Shown here one piece after another: positions 12,601-24,918 of a DNA stretch of 64,000 bases. The notes below the pieces were generated by a model, which did not search any database, was not told the origin of the DNA, and saw only the letters and a program-made list of their open reading frames with translations. This DNA is from Monocercomonoides exilis PA203 (lineage: Eukaryota > Protista > Preaxostyla). Made by a program: the position numbers and the translations under genes. Every line of letters begins with the position of its first letter. Within the stretch, counting starts at the first letter, position 1. Location of the stretch: positions 186,001-250,000 of the forward strand of contig LSRY02000051.1 of assembly GCA_001643675.2 (NCBI GenBank), read 5' to 3'.

Positions 12601-15600
12601 CTCGAAGCATCTCTCCCGCAGATGGAGTTGTTTGAGTTCAGCGATTCCTGGTTGTAGTTCAACGCAAACAGTGTTTCGTTGATCTGGTGCTCAATCGAGT
12701 GGCATCTGACAAATATGTCTTTCCCCACATGTGCCTCATTCATCACAAACAGGATGTTCACAATCTTGAAATTCAGAGGCGGAATCTGACTCTCATTTCC
12801 ATAATTCGCATTTGCGTCGGATCCATCAATAAACAGCCCTCCTCCACACCCTGTCTCATTCGAGCACTTGCATATCGAAAACGAACTCCCATTCACTTTC
12901 AACACTGACTCTCCACTCTTCAGCACCACTCTCATTCCCCCTCCTTCTGTGCTTAAGCCACTCTTGCAACTCGACATTGAGCACTCATCCATCATACACT
13001 CCACTCCATTCTCAAATGATCCCACATCAACAACACTCGCTCTAATCCCTTCGTTTGTGATATTGGCTAATGAACACCCAACAACCCTCAAAACTGGTCT
13101 GTTGCCATTTGAACCAGTATTCTCGTCTCCGTTCATTTGATTCTCGTCTATCATCGAAATCAGACTCCTTTCTATCACACCAGCAAATGAAATGTTCACA
13201 TTCTGAACAGTCACCTCAGATGCACTTGGGCTGAAAGCAATCAACCCTTTCAACTCTGAAATCAAACTCAACGAACTCCTCTCAATCACAGCACTCCCTC
13301 CATTCACTTTCATCAGACAATATCCAGCTGTCTCTGTCAGCCCGGTCAATGAGCCAAATGAACAATCAGAAACCGACAATAACGTGTTTGCTCCAGAGGA
13401 TTCAATGAATACTGCATGATGGGTTGTGATGGCTGGCTTGGTGAATGACACATTCACAAACGACAAACTCACATTCGAGGAGATCATTGAACCATCATCA
13501 GACAAATCATTCTCATCTTCATCACTTATCGTCACTCCTGTCCCTTTCTTTGTCCCTTCAATCACCACTTTTGGTGACTCTGATATTGATGATGATGAAG
13601 AAGAAAATGAAATTGAATGGCTCAGCAACCCTGATCCCACAATCGCAATATGTGTTTCCCCTTCTCCAAATGTTGGATATAGAAGTGATATCAAGTGATC
13701 AATCGATGAACATGGTGCTTCCGAATATCCACACCCACTGAAGTCTCCTCCTTTCTCTCGAGAAACAAACCCATCCCCACTCCAGTTCCTCCACAAATAC
13801 ACAACCAATGGAATCACATATTCCTCCTCTCCAGTCATCTTCCTCTCCCATCCACACAACTCATCAAACGATCTCAACTCCTCTGAACTCATCTCCCATT
13901 TGAAGTTCTCTTTGTTCACAACCTCGCTCAGATCCCATCCTGAAACAAATGCATTCTTCCCTTTCCAGGCATTGCATCCCTCAAATATCATTCCTTCCAA
14001 CACAAATGTTCCTTTTTGACTGGGAATTTCAACAAACATCCCTCCTCCCATTCCTCTTCCTCCATTCTCAACATCCCCTCTTGGCACTTCACACCCAGAA
14101 TATTTCACTCCTTTCATTTCCAAACTCCCTCCCTTCCCCACTGATATCATCATCCCTCCTCCTTTCATCCCACTCCCTCCTGAACACACTGATGACAAAT
14201 TGAATTTTTCAATATTAACAATTCCATTAATTTCCATCTCCACATTCAAACATCCTCCTCCTCCATTCCCACCAACAACTTCCATTCCGCTCATTCGGCT
14301 GTTATTCATCTCCAATTCAACTCCATTTGAAATAACAATTGGCGATTTCCCACTCATTCTCACTCCCCCTTCCATCACAAATCCATTCATAGCCAACCCT
14401 CCTCCCTCAACACATATCACATTGTATCCAATCAATTCATCATTTCCAAATGAGACTGAACAGCTGGCGATTGCGATGGTTGATGACGACGAGGAAGAGG
14501 AGTAGGAAAGGTGGATGAATGCATTTCTCTTCCCATTCATCTCTTCATTCAACACAAATGACAAATATCTCATTTCAAATGATTTTGTGCACTCAATAAG
14601 GTTATTTTGAGCTGTCGATCCTTCATCCCTCACAGTCACCCTTATCCCCTCTTCTTTCCCTGAAACACTCGCCGCAAATGACGCAACTTTCATTTCATTC
14701 TTTATCCATGATTCTGAGATAACTTCGATTTCATTCACATTGCTGCTCGCTCTCTTCTCAACACAATAGTCAATCGTCAAGCACCCAAACTCCTCAAACC
14801 CACAATGACTGTGATCCAATGCCCTCTCTCCGCTCCCATCAACACACAACTTTGTACCAATTGAACATAAGTACACAAATAGCGGAATCACCTCCTCTTC
14901 TTTCCCATCCTCACTACCGCATAACTTTAGAATATCTGATGGAATCACATTTGAATCAAAAAACTCAAATGAGCTTGCATTCACCTTCGACTCAAGTAAT
15001 ATCCCGGAGCTACAACAAATGAACATATCCTTCCCATATTTGGCTCTGTTTGCAACGTCAACTGAAAAGTGAACGCAATGTTCAATTTTCAGTCTGCTCA
15101 GCGTGCTTCCCATCACAATCATCATCCCTCCTCCTCTTCCTTTACTTCCCTCTGAACTAATTGCCTCACATCCATCAATCACACAACTCTCATTCACAAC
15201 AACACTCCCTTCTCCTTTCACTCGAACACACATCCCTCCTCCTCTTCCATGACAGCTGCACCCTTTCACAACACATGACTCAATCACAATTATCCCATTC
15301 TTCCCCTCATCTCTCTCTGCTCCAACAACTCCACTCACCCATCCTCCATCTCCACTTCTCTTCTCAATATTGTTCACCTCACATCCACAAAACACAATTG
15401 ATTCCACCCCTTCACCAAACTCAATCACTGAATGTTCTCCAAATGTTAATGTTTCTGCGATCACCAATTCCTCCACTTTCACTTTTCCCCCAATCACATT
15501 CACAAAACAATATCCAATGGGGTTCTCAGAGGTACAAACAACAGAACAGTCAGCGAGTGTGAGGAGTGTGGAGTTGGATGTGATCAGAGATGATGATGAT

Positions 15601-18600
15601 GCACCAGACATAGCAGATGGAATACAGAATTTGATGTTTCTCATTGAACATTTACTCAACACCTCAACCAGACAAGATGACTCAAAATTCTCTGGTGCTT
15701 TCACTCCCACCTCCATCCCTTTTGTCGCACATGAAATCTCCCATTCATGGCCATCTGCCATTCCAACCACTTCAGCAAGCTCAAATTCTGAATCCAATTC
15801 GATCTTCTTGTTTGTGTCTGGATATCTCACCTGCGCTGCATGGGTGATGGTGGCACACGGATAATAGTCAAACCCACAGAACCACGAGTCGTATCCACCC
15901 AGCCCATCCTTCATCTTCCCAACATGTGCTTCATCCGGATATCTGTCCAGAAACACATTCAGCGGGAACAGCCCCATTGTTGTGTCACTCCGATCATATC
16001 CCACCAGCTCATTGTATTTGGAATTGTCATGCTGGACATTTAAATTGGTTGTGGTTATTGCCCAGCTCGCAGAATCGCTCCCATTGACAAACACATAATT
16101 TCCTCCCAATGAAGCAGTGCAGCCTGAAAAGTCCACAGACAAAATTGAGAAGTCGTGTATGCCATCTTCCAGATGCAGCATTATCCCGCCACCATTTTCA
16201 CTGCAATTGCATCTGTTGAATTTTGTTGCTTCAGTTGCCGGGGCTGATGAAGTCCCAACCCGCAACTTGCTTGTTGAATACAATAAATCAACCTTGATCC
16301 CACCACCACTGCCATCCTCGCACTCACAATCTTCGATTGTCACATTCTGAACAACAAATGTCTCCCCTTCCTTCACACTCTTTGCCACAACCACTCCATC
16401 TCCAGTCGTCAGATTCACATTCGTCACCTTCACATTCGCCATCACGCTGTCTCCAGGTGCTGTGGCTGTCAGATACAGTACAGATGAGGGGGATGAAAAA
16501 GTTGGAAGATTTTGTTCAGAGAACAATGGTTTTAAAACATTCATATCTTTGATCTCCACATCAACCACCGACAGCTGCGATAGTAACACCACAAACACTG
16601 ACGACGACATCACGTAGTCTCCTGTTTTACTCGTGGTGATCACAATATCCTCCAATGAAAGAAACCCACCTCCATCAGACACCACAACCACACTCGGCGA
16701 AGGGCTAACATTTGAGTTGCAATCAACTTTCAAATGATTCATTCCAAGATGACCTGTTGATACACTGAACAGCGCTCCAGTTGATGAAAGTGCACCTGTT
16801 CCAATCGAACTCTTCTCTTTGCCTGTCCCAATGACTGAAATCTTCTTTTCTCCAATATCAATTGTTGCTGTCTCACTTGTGTGATTCCCTTCCATCAGCG
16901 TAACTGTCAAGCTAATCTGCACCTTGCACATCTCCAACGCCTTCTTCACCGTCAGACAAGGAAATGTTGTATTTGCCCCACACGGATCAAAGTTATCATT
17001 TCCACCAACAGAAACATAAATCGTCTTGTCCTTCAGCCACCACCTCTTTTCAGCGTATTGACGAGACCATTCGTTTGCGAAATATAAATTATAAGAAAAA
17101 CAAAATCTGTATTCATTAGTATTTGTTGTATAGCTTTCAAACAATGGATTTCCATAATTCAAAAACTTGTTTCTTTCATCATAAAAAATCATGTCGTGTC
17201 CATATGGTGTAGAATAATAACACTTGCATTCATGAAAGAAAAGAAAATAGCAATAAATTCCATCTTCAGGTGTTGCTATTTGATTTGGATTAAAATAAAA
17301 TCCTCCTCCAGCAGAATTTGCCGAACATGAAATGAACTGAATGTTTCTCATCTTAAATTCATTGGGAACTGCAACACAATACATCCCCCCACCACCTAAG
17401 TTAGTGAGAGAGCATAAAGAAAAATTACAGTCAAATAAACATGCATTTCCTCCTTCTCCATTTTCCACCTCAATGCATCCTGTTCCTAATGCGTTAATAT
17501 TTTCAACATACAATCCTCCTCCGTAGCCATATGCTTCACAGTTCTGGAATTCACAACAGCTAATCCGAGTTTGCAATGAAATCGAATAAGCAAACATCCC
17601 TCCTCCATAGCGATTTTGCGCTGTGCAAGTATTAAAATAACAGTTTTCAATTGAAGCACACTTGATTCCATAGCACATGATCCCGCCTCCAGCATAATAA
17701 GCATAACAATCATTGAATGAACAATGAGAAACTGACAGCGTTCCGCTCTCCAAATTGAACATGCGAATTGCCCCACCGTTAGAATCATCATCAGTATAAA
17801 AATCTTTATTCACTGTTGCTTTCGATCCATTCCACTCACACCAAATAAATGAATTTGCTCTATTTTCCGTTGTACTCTGCCTCCCTGGTTGTAGCGGGAC
17901 TTCTGAAGTTCCATTGCATTCAACATTCCTTGTCCGACAACATCCAACAAAGGAAGTGTTTGAAATGGTCAAAGTGGATGAGGGACTGTTGAGAGAAGGA
18001 ACAATCCCTCCATCATACACATCGCAAACTGATGAGAATGAGCAGCTGCTCATCAAACATGATGTTTGGGAAAAGGAAGCGGTTGGAGATGAGCACGCAT
18101 CATTTGCTGTTGATATGTTGAAAAATGTCAGGTGAGAGAGTGAAATAAGTGAAATGGAAGATGACGAGAGGAATGGGACTGACGACATACAAAAAGAAGA
18201 GAAATGAGATGAACAAACAGAAACAAAACATTTCTCAGAGATTTCTCCTTTTTGTGCTTTTGAAGAGAAAAGTGGAGGAAATACATTCAAAATTTCAACA
18301 TTTAGCTGAACAGATATATTCACAAATGAACCAAAACTGCCTTCCAGTTCAATCGGAGATAAATGTTGCCCTACAAAAAGAATGCACTCTCTCATTGAAA
18401 CTATGCTTTCTTTTTTCGCAATGAGAATCCTTTTTGTTCCTTTTTCTCTCACAACCAAGCCCATTTCCATGACTGATGAATTGAAACACTTCAAGCAACC
18501 CTCAATTTCACTGAATTGGTAAATATTTGCATTCTTCAAAATTCCAATTTCTCTTCTAAATTCTTTTCTGTTATTTTCTTCATCTATGATAAAACCTCTT

Positions 18601-18833
18601 CCTTCAATTTCACTTCTCATTTTATTTTCAATCGATCTTCCTCCATCTTCTTCATAATTAATAAATTCATCTTTTGAAGGATTTTTGTTTATCTGAAGCA
18701 TATTTCTATCCACATTAATCATTTCTTCGTCTTTCATGTTTTCTCTAATCAACTTTGAGTCTTCTTTTGTTGTAACCAGATTCATATAATGACAGAATGC
18801 GTATAACGCAAACATCCACAATTTTGTCAGCAT
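9669..18833 (-). CDS. 3054-aa single-exon type-I membrane protein: GG-motif beta-helix (Pmp/pectin-lyase-like) ectodomain, TM helix, degenerate kinase C-lobe
   Basis: N-terminal signal-like segment. Repeated C....GGG(M/I/L) and D...CG....PC.(T/S)I modules. TM WMLIVCIAVVFILLIALIMFIV. RWKAPE, AFSIGMMLWECLTLEIPF and QRPTL are kinase subdomains VIII, IX and XI. Confidence 0.85.
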   Translation of the reverse strand: MLTKLWMFALYAFCHYMNLVTTKEDSKLIRENMKDEEMINVDRNMLQINKNPSKDEFINYEEDGGRSIENKMRSEIEGRGFIIDEENNRKEFRREIGILKNANIYQFSEIEGCLKCFNSSVMEMGLVVREKGTKRILIAKKESIVSMRECILFVGQHLSPIELEGSFGSFVNISVQLNVEILNVFPPLFSSKAQKGEISEKCFVSVCSSHFSSFCMSSVPFLSSSSISLISLSHLTFFNISTANDACSSPTASFSQTSCLMSSCSFSSVCDVYDGGIVPSLNSPSSTLTISNTSFVGCCRTRNVECNGTSEVPLQPGRQSTTENRANSFIWCEWNGSKATVNKDFYTDDDSNGGAIRMFNLESGTLSVSHCSFNDCYAYYAGGGIMCYGIKCASIENCYFNTCTAQNRYGGGMFAYSISLQTRISCCEFQNCEAYGYGGGLYVENINALGTGCIEVENGEGGNACLFDCNFSLCSLTNLGGGGMYCVAVPNEFKMRNIQFISCSANSAGGGFYFNPNQIATPEDGIYCYFLFFHECKCYYSTPYGHDMIFYDERNKFLNYGNPLFESYTTNTNEYRFCFSYNLYFANEWSRQYAEKRWWLKDKTIYVSVGGNDNFDPCGANTTFPCLTVKKALEMCKVQISLTVTLMEGNHTSETATIDIGEKKISVIGTGKEKSSIGTGALSSTGALFSVSTGHLGMNHLKVDCNSNVSPSPSVVVVSDGGGFLSLEDIVITTSKTGDYVMSSSVFVVLLSQLSVVDVEIKDMNVLKPLFSEQNLPTFSSPSSVLYLTATAPGDSVMANVKVTNVNLTTGDGVVVAKSVKEGETFVVQNVTIEDCECEDGSGGGIKVDLLYSTSKLRVGTSSAPATEATKFNRCNCSENGGGIMLHLEDGIHDFSILSVDFSGCTASLGGNYVFVNGSDSASWAITTTNLNVQHDNSKYNELVGYDRSDTTMGLFPLNVFLDRYPDEAHVGKMKDGLGGYDSWFCGFDYYPCATITHAAQVRYPDTNKKIELDSEFELAEVVGMADGHEWEISCATKGMEVGVKAPENFESSCLVEVLSKCSMRNIKFCIPSAMSGASSSSLITSNSTLLTLADCSVVCTSENPIGYCFVNVIGGKVKVEELVIAETLTFGEHSVIEFGEGVESIVFCGCEVNNIEKRSGDGGWVSGVVGAERDEGKNGIIVIESCVVKGCSCHGRGGGMCVRVKGEGSVVVNESCVIDGCEAISSEGSKGRGGGMMIVMGSTLSRLKIEHCVHFSVDVANRAKYGKDMFICCSSGILLESKVNASSFEFFDSNVIPSDILKLCGSEDGKEEEVIPLFVYLCSIGTKLCVDGSGERALDHSHCGFEEFGCLTIDYCVEKRASSNVNEIEVISESWIKNEMKVASFAASVSGKEEGIRVTVRDEGSTAQNNLIECTKSFEMRYLSFVLNEEMNGKRNAFIHLSYSSSSSSSTIAIASCSVSFGNDELIGYNVICVEGGGLAMNGFVMEGGVRMSGKSPIVISNGVELEMNNSRMSGMEVVGGNGGGGCLNVEMEINGIVNIEKFNLSSVCSGGSGMKGGGMMISVGKGGSLEMKGVKYSGCEVPRGDVENGGRGMGGGMFVEIPSQKGTFVLEGMIFEGCNAWKGKNAFVSGWDLSEVVNKENFKWEMSSEELRSFDELCGWERKMTGEEEYVIPLVVYLWRNWSGDGFVSREKGGDFSGCGYSEAPCSSIDHLISLLYPTFGEGETHIAIVGSGLLSHSISFSSSSSSISESPKVVIEGTKKGTGVTISDEDENDLSDDGSMISSNVSLSFVNVSFTKPAITTHHAVFIESSGANTLLSVSDCSFGSLTGLTETAGYCLMKVNGGSAVIERSSLSLISELKGLIAFSPSASEVTVQNVNISFAGVIERSLISMIDENQMNGDENTGSNGNRPVLRVVGCSLANITNEGIRASVVDVGSFENGVECMMDECSMSSCKSGLSTEGGGMRVVLKSGESVLKVNGSSFSICKCSNETGCGGGLFIDGSDANANYGNESQIPPLNFKIVNILFVMNEAHVGKDIFVRCHSIEHQINETLFALNYNQESLNSNNSICGRDASSEGGVDLIPLITFYYSAQVFVSGRGSDDRRCGAQTNPCLSINCGVEHIEEGVMNAILIDGEGFVRKECVIGDLVVNSLKKGKAIVKMNSKIEKSFEKDCVMELVNECSVERCSFQFEDGFETTHGCIMKVKNGSMEIQKCEFFSSLSATAVELQLNSSVVSVESGELKISETTFRDIHSKLPVISFCEESDVTIVETRILNIKCEGDVVSVGRKAKVEVKEMEVENVTLLMNGCVIGMDEAEQEVSVLNSSFGRCVNSVDKGSMMQIRHSKEVKVEICVFDGETEDEIVNEGIERMKEEGLCKWNGSLVDIENSNVEMRETTIMKSKGGGLYVSGGSVKIEKGEFENNNPSIEGYPSARRNVICTGSSELNVVSVKGGDGMFPNTSLWILNDGCELSGITSERASALFIPVLHEVKSSPTSSCATNLTLSGELLLPCNLTLKLCFTSGDEEFIELHEINKDGHLSENEIQTVAISLQLENVREETEVSLCLLFGNADSPSSTQSFILKNRSETKAKGDERIVERVKEGKFSWMLIVCIAVVFILLIALIMFIVRWKKVKNEAEDLREIVNDNIRKDPKAFEMVTMEMSPEEQWRRAEREAEKKNEERFKKRVYEKSLGHSESSEHLLSESGSTEYILGKDSDKIPEWALEKVEEEEIRKRSPSPSISSTCSTDSDSTFVRGEDLCPTTSSMSNLVDAMACSSPHEKLIVDLRDSLFMLLHGRNEKKEMAIGTLQEREQTAAQILFWVANLALHSFDEMENKLQSLSSLSPHIVLFSEHMVICIVMHSDFLSSDDCSDSSSISSLSVVSSSSNISVMSERFTDSPPPSSAFEDNDDIRKECLRWKAPELLMNKKMGATKESVAFSIGMMLWECLTLEIPFREYESEVAGQKIVNSERPNFERISTSSLQNVAKCCLSGCASQRPTLVLLKRELIQRFPPGAAVLTMTDAVECYSGCCRESERPRDSESRNDQENMSFL

Positions 18834-19721
18834 TCTCGTTCTGCCTCAGTGTTAACAATGAGATTATTTATTTTTTTTATATTCACTTTTTTCATTATGG
18901 GGAGAGACGAATTTTTTCCGAAAAAAAATTTCTTTTGATCAATTTGAATATAAGTGAAAATAATGGTGCATGAACAGTTTTCGAATGTGAATGAAATTAA
19001 GTTCACATGGTTATTACATAATGCGAAATGTTTCTTGACATTTCTTTTGTATTTCTTTTTCGTTCAAACTTTATTGAGGGACCAATGAAAGATTTGACAT
19101 TTTGTTACGTGGAATTGTCAAAATTTTTTGATTTGATTAAATATTTTTTTAAGAGTAACTTCTGAAAAATCTTGAATTTGAAAAATAAATGAATATGAAA
19201 AATTTTTTATCAAAGATCTGATAGTCAAACTTTTTTGTGGAAAAAAAAAATAAAAATTTGAATCAAATATCTTTTCCTGCTCCACAAAATTCGAAAAAAA
19301 TGTGAATAAATATTTTAAATGTTCTCATCTCTTTATAATATCTTTTCTTGAGTTATTTGATGTGTTGAAAATTATATTTTTATAAAAATTTACACTTTTC
19401 GTTCTTATAAGGAAAATAAACAAAAACAATTTTTCAAATAAAGATTGTGACATCAGATTATCATTTTGGGAAATTTTCTGATTTGAATAATTTTTTTTTT
19501 ATTCAAAAATCACCATGTGCATTATTCTTTCGAGAGTATTTTACTTTCGAAAATGATCTTTAAAGAAACAAAAGGAAATTTTAAAAATAAAAAATAAAAA
19601 TGTTAAAGACAAAAAGAAATCTTTTAATTGAATATTCGATGCTTCAAAAATAATTTCGCATTCCATTTGAAATGAAAAAGTGAAAAAAATCTTACGATAA
19701 CCCTTTAAAAGAAATGATTCG

Positions 19722-20295
19722 ATGAAAAAAGTTGAATCAAGCAAAGTCATTCTGAAAAAACTTGTTATTCTTGTTTTAGTTTATTATATTGTTACATTTA
19801 TAATTTCTCTTGTTGTTAACTTTGCGTTTGGCTGTCCTGAACATATTGGAATCTCGCCATTTGATTTTTTACATTTTGGCATTGAAACTCCGCAAGCTAC
19901 AGGTTATTCATAAATATTTATTATTTTATTCAATGATTTTGTGTTTGACTTTATTCATTTTTAGCTTCTTTGATCAATTTTGCAGTAACTGGATTTATCT
20001 TTTTAATTTTTCTGATATTTGTTGTGAAATTATCATCAAGAACATGGGATTATGCAATAACGCAATATTTATTTCATTTTATTATTAGTTGCATAGGCGT
20101 GAAAACTTTCTTTTATTTCACCGTATGATTCAAGCGTTTTTCATCAATTTAGTAATGCTATCATTTCCTGTAAATTGGCGCTACTGGGTTGCTTTTTTTT
20201 CGAGCGTACTGTTAATCATCATTTTGTCATCAGTTACAACGTATTGCATATATGATATTCGAAAAATGAACTCGATCCTTTCAACAAAAATGTAA
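19722..20295 (+). CDS. TMEM244/SYS1-family small membrane protein (3 exons)
   Basis: Spliced product contains SSKVILKKLVILVLVYY, SPFDF, WDYAIT...H, VMLSFP and YW, which are TMEM244-type motifs. Introns are 19903-19964 (GT-AG) and 20097-20152 (GC-AG). Confidence 0.75.
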
Positions 20296-20499
20296 TTCAC
20301 AAATTGCTCCAATCTTTTCGATTTTTTTAAAATTAGCACAATTTCTTAATTTTTTAAATTCATTACAACTTTGCACTGAAATGATAAAATTATAGAAATA
20401 ATAGAATTTCTGCAAATAAGCATACCCTAATTTTATTAATTTAATTGCAATTTTTTAAAATAATAATTTAAGCCGACTTCCATTGGGCTAAAACCACAA

Positions 20500-23400
20500 A
20501 TGGAAGATAAACCTCAATATATAACGCAATTTAATGACATATCATTAGCATTTCCATTTGAGCCATATGCATGCCAACTTGAATTTATGTCAAGAGTAAT
20601 TTCTTCTCTAAATTCTGCAACCAACGCGCTTTTAGAATCACCGACAGGAACAGGGAAAACGCTTTGTCTTTTATGTTCTGTTCTTTCTTGGAAAGATGTT
20701 CCTCAACTTGAATCTTTCAAGGTTAAGTCGGTTAAGCGACATCCTCTTTCTCAGCTTGGGTCCTTTATTACAGACGGAAAACAATCCGTGAATCACATAT
20801 TCTATTGTTCTAGAACTCATGTACAACTAAAGCAAGTTGCGAATGAATTGAGTTCGACGATATATCGTCCTCTGATGACTATTCTTGGCTCTCGTTCTCA
20901 ACTCTGCATTCATAAGAAAATAAAAAATCTTAAAGGTAAAATTCAAGATGCTGCATGCAGTAACATGTGCCGATCTGCTTCTTGTCAATTTTATAGAGGG
21001 TTTAAAGCACTCCAAAATGCCAAATCTAGCGGAGGAATGGATCGTTCAGAAAAATCCAAACTCACAGCAGAATCTGTTGGATTGAAAACTGTTTTCGATA
21101 TAGAAGACCTAATACAATATGGAACGTCAAGGGTGGTCTGTCCATACCATCTTTCTCGTGAATTGGCTGATTCCTCTCAACTAATACTTATGCCATACAA
21201 CTACATTGTTGACAAGGCAACTCAAAAGGCAATGAGAATAAACGTTGAATCATCTGTTGTTATCATAGATGAAGGACACAACATCGAAAAAGTTCTTTGC
21301 GATGCCATGTCATTTGAATTCACGAGCAATGATATTGGTGAATGTGTGAAGGAAGTGTCAGCCATTATATCCATTTTCACAACAGTCATTGAGCCAAATT
21401 TAAAAGTCTCTAATGACTCAAAAAAGGCTGCTGCTTCTTCAAATCAAGCTGGTGGTTCGTCCGAAGCAGGGCCAATTTCACGTGCAAGTCTGATTCTGCT
21501 GCGGAGGATATTCGTGTCCATCGAAAAAGCACTGGACAATGTTAAAGTACCACCAGGTGGTGTATCGCTCCAGCCAGCTGTGCTGTTTCAGCTCATGAAA
21601 AATGGATTTTTGACGCCAGAGTCGTTTGGAATCTTTCGAGACTCAGTCCAGCGGTACATGAGCGCTTTGGCAGAAGCAGCGGCTGCTGCGCCAGACATTG
21701 TCTCAATGGAAAACGAGGAGGAAGGGCAAGACTCAGAAGCAGGACGGTTTGGGTACTCGATGGCTGGCAACATCTCGTCAGTTGGATTCCGAGGAGGAGG
21801 GAGAGGCGGTGGCGAAGGCAGAGGGGTGACTGCCACAATCAGCGGAAGGCTGAGAACAGCTGAAGACGGCTTCGGAATATTGAAGAAGGTTATGCAGCGT
21901 GCTGCTGTTCAGACATTTGTGGAGAAGATGGAGATTCTCTTTAGTCGCTCTTCTGGTGTTGGCTTCAAAGTGCATATTTGGGATGAGACGGTCAATGTTG
22001 GAGGTGGTAGTGGAGGAGGAGGAGGAGGAGGAGGAGGAGGAGGAGGAGGAGGCAGCAGTGGTGGAGGGCACGGGATGAGCGCTATGCCCGGAGGTGGGAG
22101 AGGAATTGGCAGCAGAGGCGGAATGCTTCCAGGGAGTGCAACTGAGATTGGTGCTCGAACAGTCACTTTTCGCCACGTTGGATTTTGGTGCTTCGATCCC
22201 TCGATCACGATGAGAGAGATAACGGAGCAGAAGACACGGTCCATCATCATCACGTCAGGCACACTCACTCCGATGGTGGGTGTGGCATATGAGCTCGGGA
22301 TCCGCTTTCCCGTCATCCACTCCAACAGGCACGTGATCAAGCCCAACCAAGTGTATGCTGCAGTCATCAGCCACTCGAGGCGAGGCAGCTCGCTGCAATA
22401 CACATACAAAACACGCCGCTCGAAAGACGTGATTGACGAACTGGGGCTGATCATTGTGGACATCGTGTCTGTTGTTCCGTCTGGCGTGCTTGTGTTCTTT
22501 CCGTCGTACGAAATGATGGACAGCTATCTTCGCGAATGGTCGTCGTTTAAGCAGGGCCAGCCCCCTCCGCCGATCACATCAGGAATCGCAGGCGCTGCAT
22601 CCACAAACAAGTACGGTGCATCCTCTCTTCCTGTCAGCCAGTACTCCATCTACTCGCTTATCCGGCGCCACAAGGCCATTCTGGTGGAGCCGCGGCAGAG
22701 CACGCAGATGCCACAGACCATTCGCGAGTTTAGGGCGGCTGTGACTGCAGCACTTGTGTCCCACGACGGGAGAAATGAAAGCGGACAGACAGGCGCTGTG
22801 CTGTTTGGAGTGTGCCGAGGAAAAGTGTCTGAAGGAATGGACTTCACAGACGAGACATCGCGTGCGGTTGTTATGATCGGAATACCCTTTCAGAACAAGA
22901 ATGAGCCGAAAGTGAGGCTGAAGATTGAGTACTTGAATGAAAAGAAGGAAGGGAAGCACAACAAGGAGCAGACAGATGGAGCTTCTTCGTCAACTCCTTC
23001 GTCAACTCTGACTCCAAAGTCATCATCTCCTCCATCTCTTTCCCTCTTTCCTTCTTCTTCCTCCTCCTCTTCCTCTTCTCCATCATCTTCCTCTTCTTCC
23101 CCTTCCTCATTTCCCAAATCAGCTGCTGATATGATTCTTGATGGAGGCAGCTGGTACACGATTGATGCGATGCGTGCAGTCAACCAGTCGATTGGGCGTG
23201 TTATTCGGCACAAAAACGACTACGGCGCCATTCTGCTGATAGACGAGAGGTATGAGACATACGAGCACCAGCTGTCGCAGTGGGTGCAGGACAGCCTGGA
23301 GGTGTGCGAGGAGGACGTGAAGAAGGACTGGGAGAGAGAAGTTGCGAGAGGAACAAGAGGTTCGCCTCTTTCTTCTTCCTCATCCTCTTCTTCTTCTTCT

Positions 23401-24918
23401 TCTTCTTCTTCCTCTTCCTCTTCCTCAGCAGCTTCGATGGGCATTGGAGCTGTTATGTCCTCTTCATCAATAAGAGGAGGTGTCCCACAAAGAGAAGAGT
23501 ACAGGCTGATTATGAGCGGCCTTGCCCGCTTTTTTGCAGACACAAAGCGGTTTTCTGTGGACGCAGCGTCTTCTTCGCTTGGCTCTTCTGCCTCGCCTTC
23601 TTCCTCTTCTTTCTATTCGTCTGCATCCATTCCAGCTGTCGGTGCCCGTGCAACTGGTCTTCTGCGCTCCAACAGATCTTTGCCTGCTCCCTCGCCTCAT
23701 TTATCGCTCCCTCCACACACATCAGCTGTTCCATACACTTCACCTTCTTCTTCTTCTTCTTCTTCTTTGCCTGGCTATTCTTCAGGCAAAGGATTCAACA
23801 TCGAAGCCATTTTGAAGACGACATCCAATTTCTCGTCCAATTCAACTGAAAGAACAGACAGAACACAATCATTCACATCGCTCCCAATGCCAACTCCACC
23901 CTCGTCTTCTTCTTCCTCATCTCATGTCACCCCTCTGCCTCGTGAAATGCCTTCAATCACTTCACTTTTATCTCGCTCTCGTTCTCCTTCTTCATCGTCA
24001 TCATCATCATCATCATCATCATCTTCTTCTTCTTCTTCTTCTTCTTCTTCTTCTTCTTCTTCTTCTTCTTCTTCTTCTTCTTCTTCCATTTCATCGCTCT
24101 CCACTTCACATGCTCCACATGCTCCTCTCAGCCATCTTTCTCAGCCACGCCCACAAACTGCCTCTTCCTTTTCTATTTCTCGTTCTCATTCCTTCCACTC
24201 CTCATCTTCTTCCTCTGATTCATACGAATTTGAAGAGATCGGCCCTTCAACATCGCCTCAGTTGCTTCACCCCACGCCTTCTCCCTCTCCTTCGCCTTCT
24301 TCCGAATCATCAAGCGATAAAGAAAACGCTAAGGGCTCAAGTCTTTTGACACTCTATCAGAAATTGAAGGGGAAGCCTCAGACAGAAAAACCGACTTCAT
24401 CTTCTTCTTCCACTTCTTCTGTGGAAAATGCTTTGTTTGCAGACAGAAAGGCTCAAAAGCGTTCTCTTTCAAACAGAGACGTCATTTCATTGGAACAAAA
24501 TGAGTATGCAGATTCAGAGAAAAGCAGAGAAAAAAATGGAAAATCACAAAATGGAACTGAATCCAGTGCGAAGATTGTGAAACAAGCAACTCAGGATTCG
24601 AGGCATTCTTCGAAGCACCAGCCACCTCCAGACAAAATGGTTGCTATTAAAAAACTGCTGGCAACTGCTAAAAAGTGTCTCAGCAAAGAAAAACTTCTTG
24701 AATTCAGCAATGAAATTAAAGGTTTGATTTTTATTAATAAATTTTCGCACTCTCATTAGAATTTTAAATTGATTTTTTTTTTTTAATTGTCAGATTTAAA
24801 AGAGAAAAAAATAAGTAAATCTGAATTTATAAAAGATGTTAGACTGACGTTTGAAGCAGCTACAGATAAAGAGCAACTAATTAGTGAATTCAATTCATTT
24901 TTTGGACATGTTCTCTGA
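20500..24918 (+). CDS. RTEL1: RTEL1-like XPD-family Fe-S DNA helicase
   Basis: FPFEPY..Q, ESPTGTGKT, SRTHVQL, four Fe-S Cys (LCIH, AAC, SCQFY, CPY), DEGHN, TSGTL, GKVSEGMDF, NQSIGRVIRH. Intron 24722-24793 completes a C-terminal harmonin-like helical domain (..LISEFNSFF), which favours RTEL1 over FANCJ. Confidence 0.88.

Noticed and set aside
9832-18424. Many plus-strand ORFs antisense to the 3054-aa gene (similar shadows over RTEL1, NEK, SEC24 and the cargo)
   Set aside because: Shadow ORFs caused by codon bias; no independent motifs.
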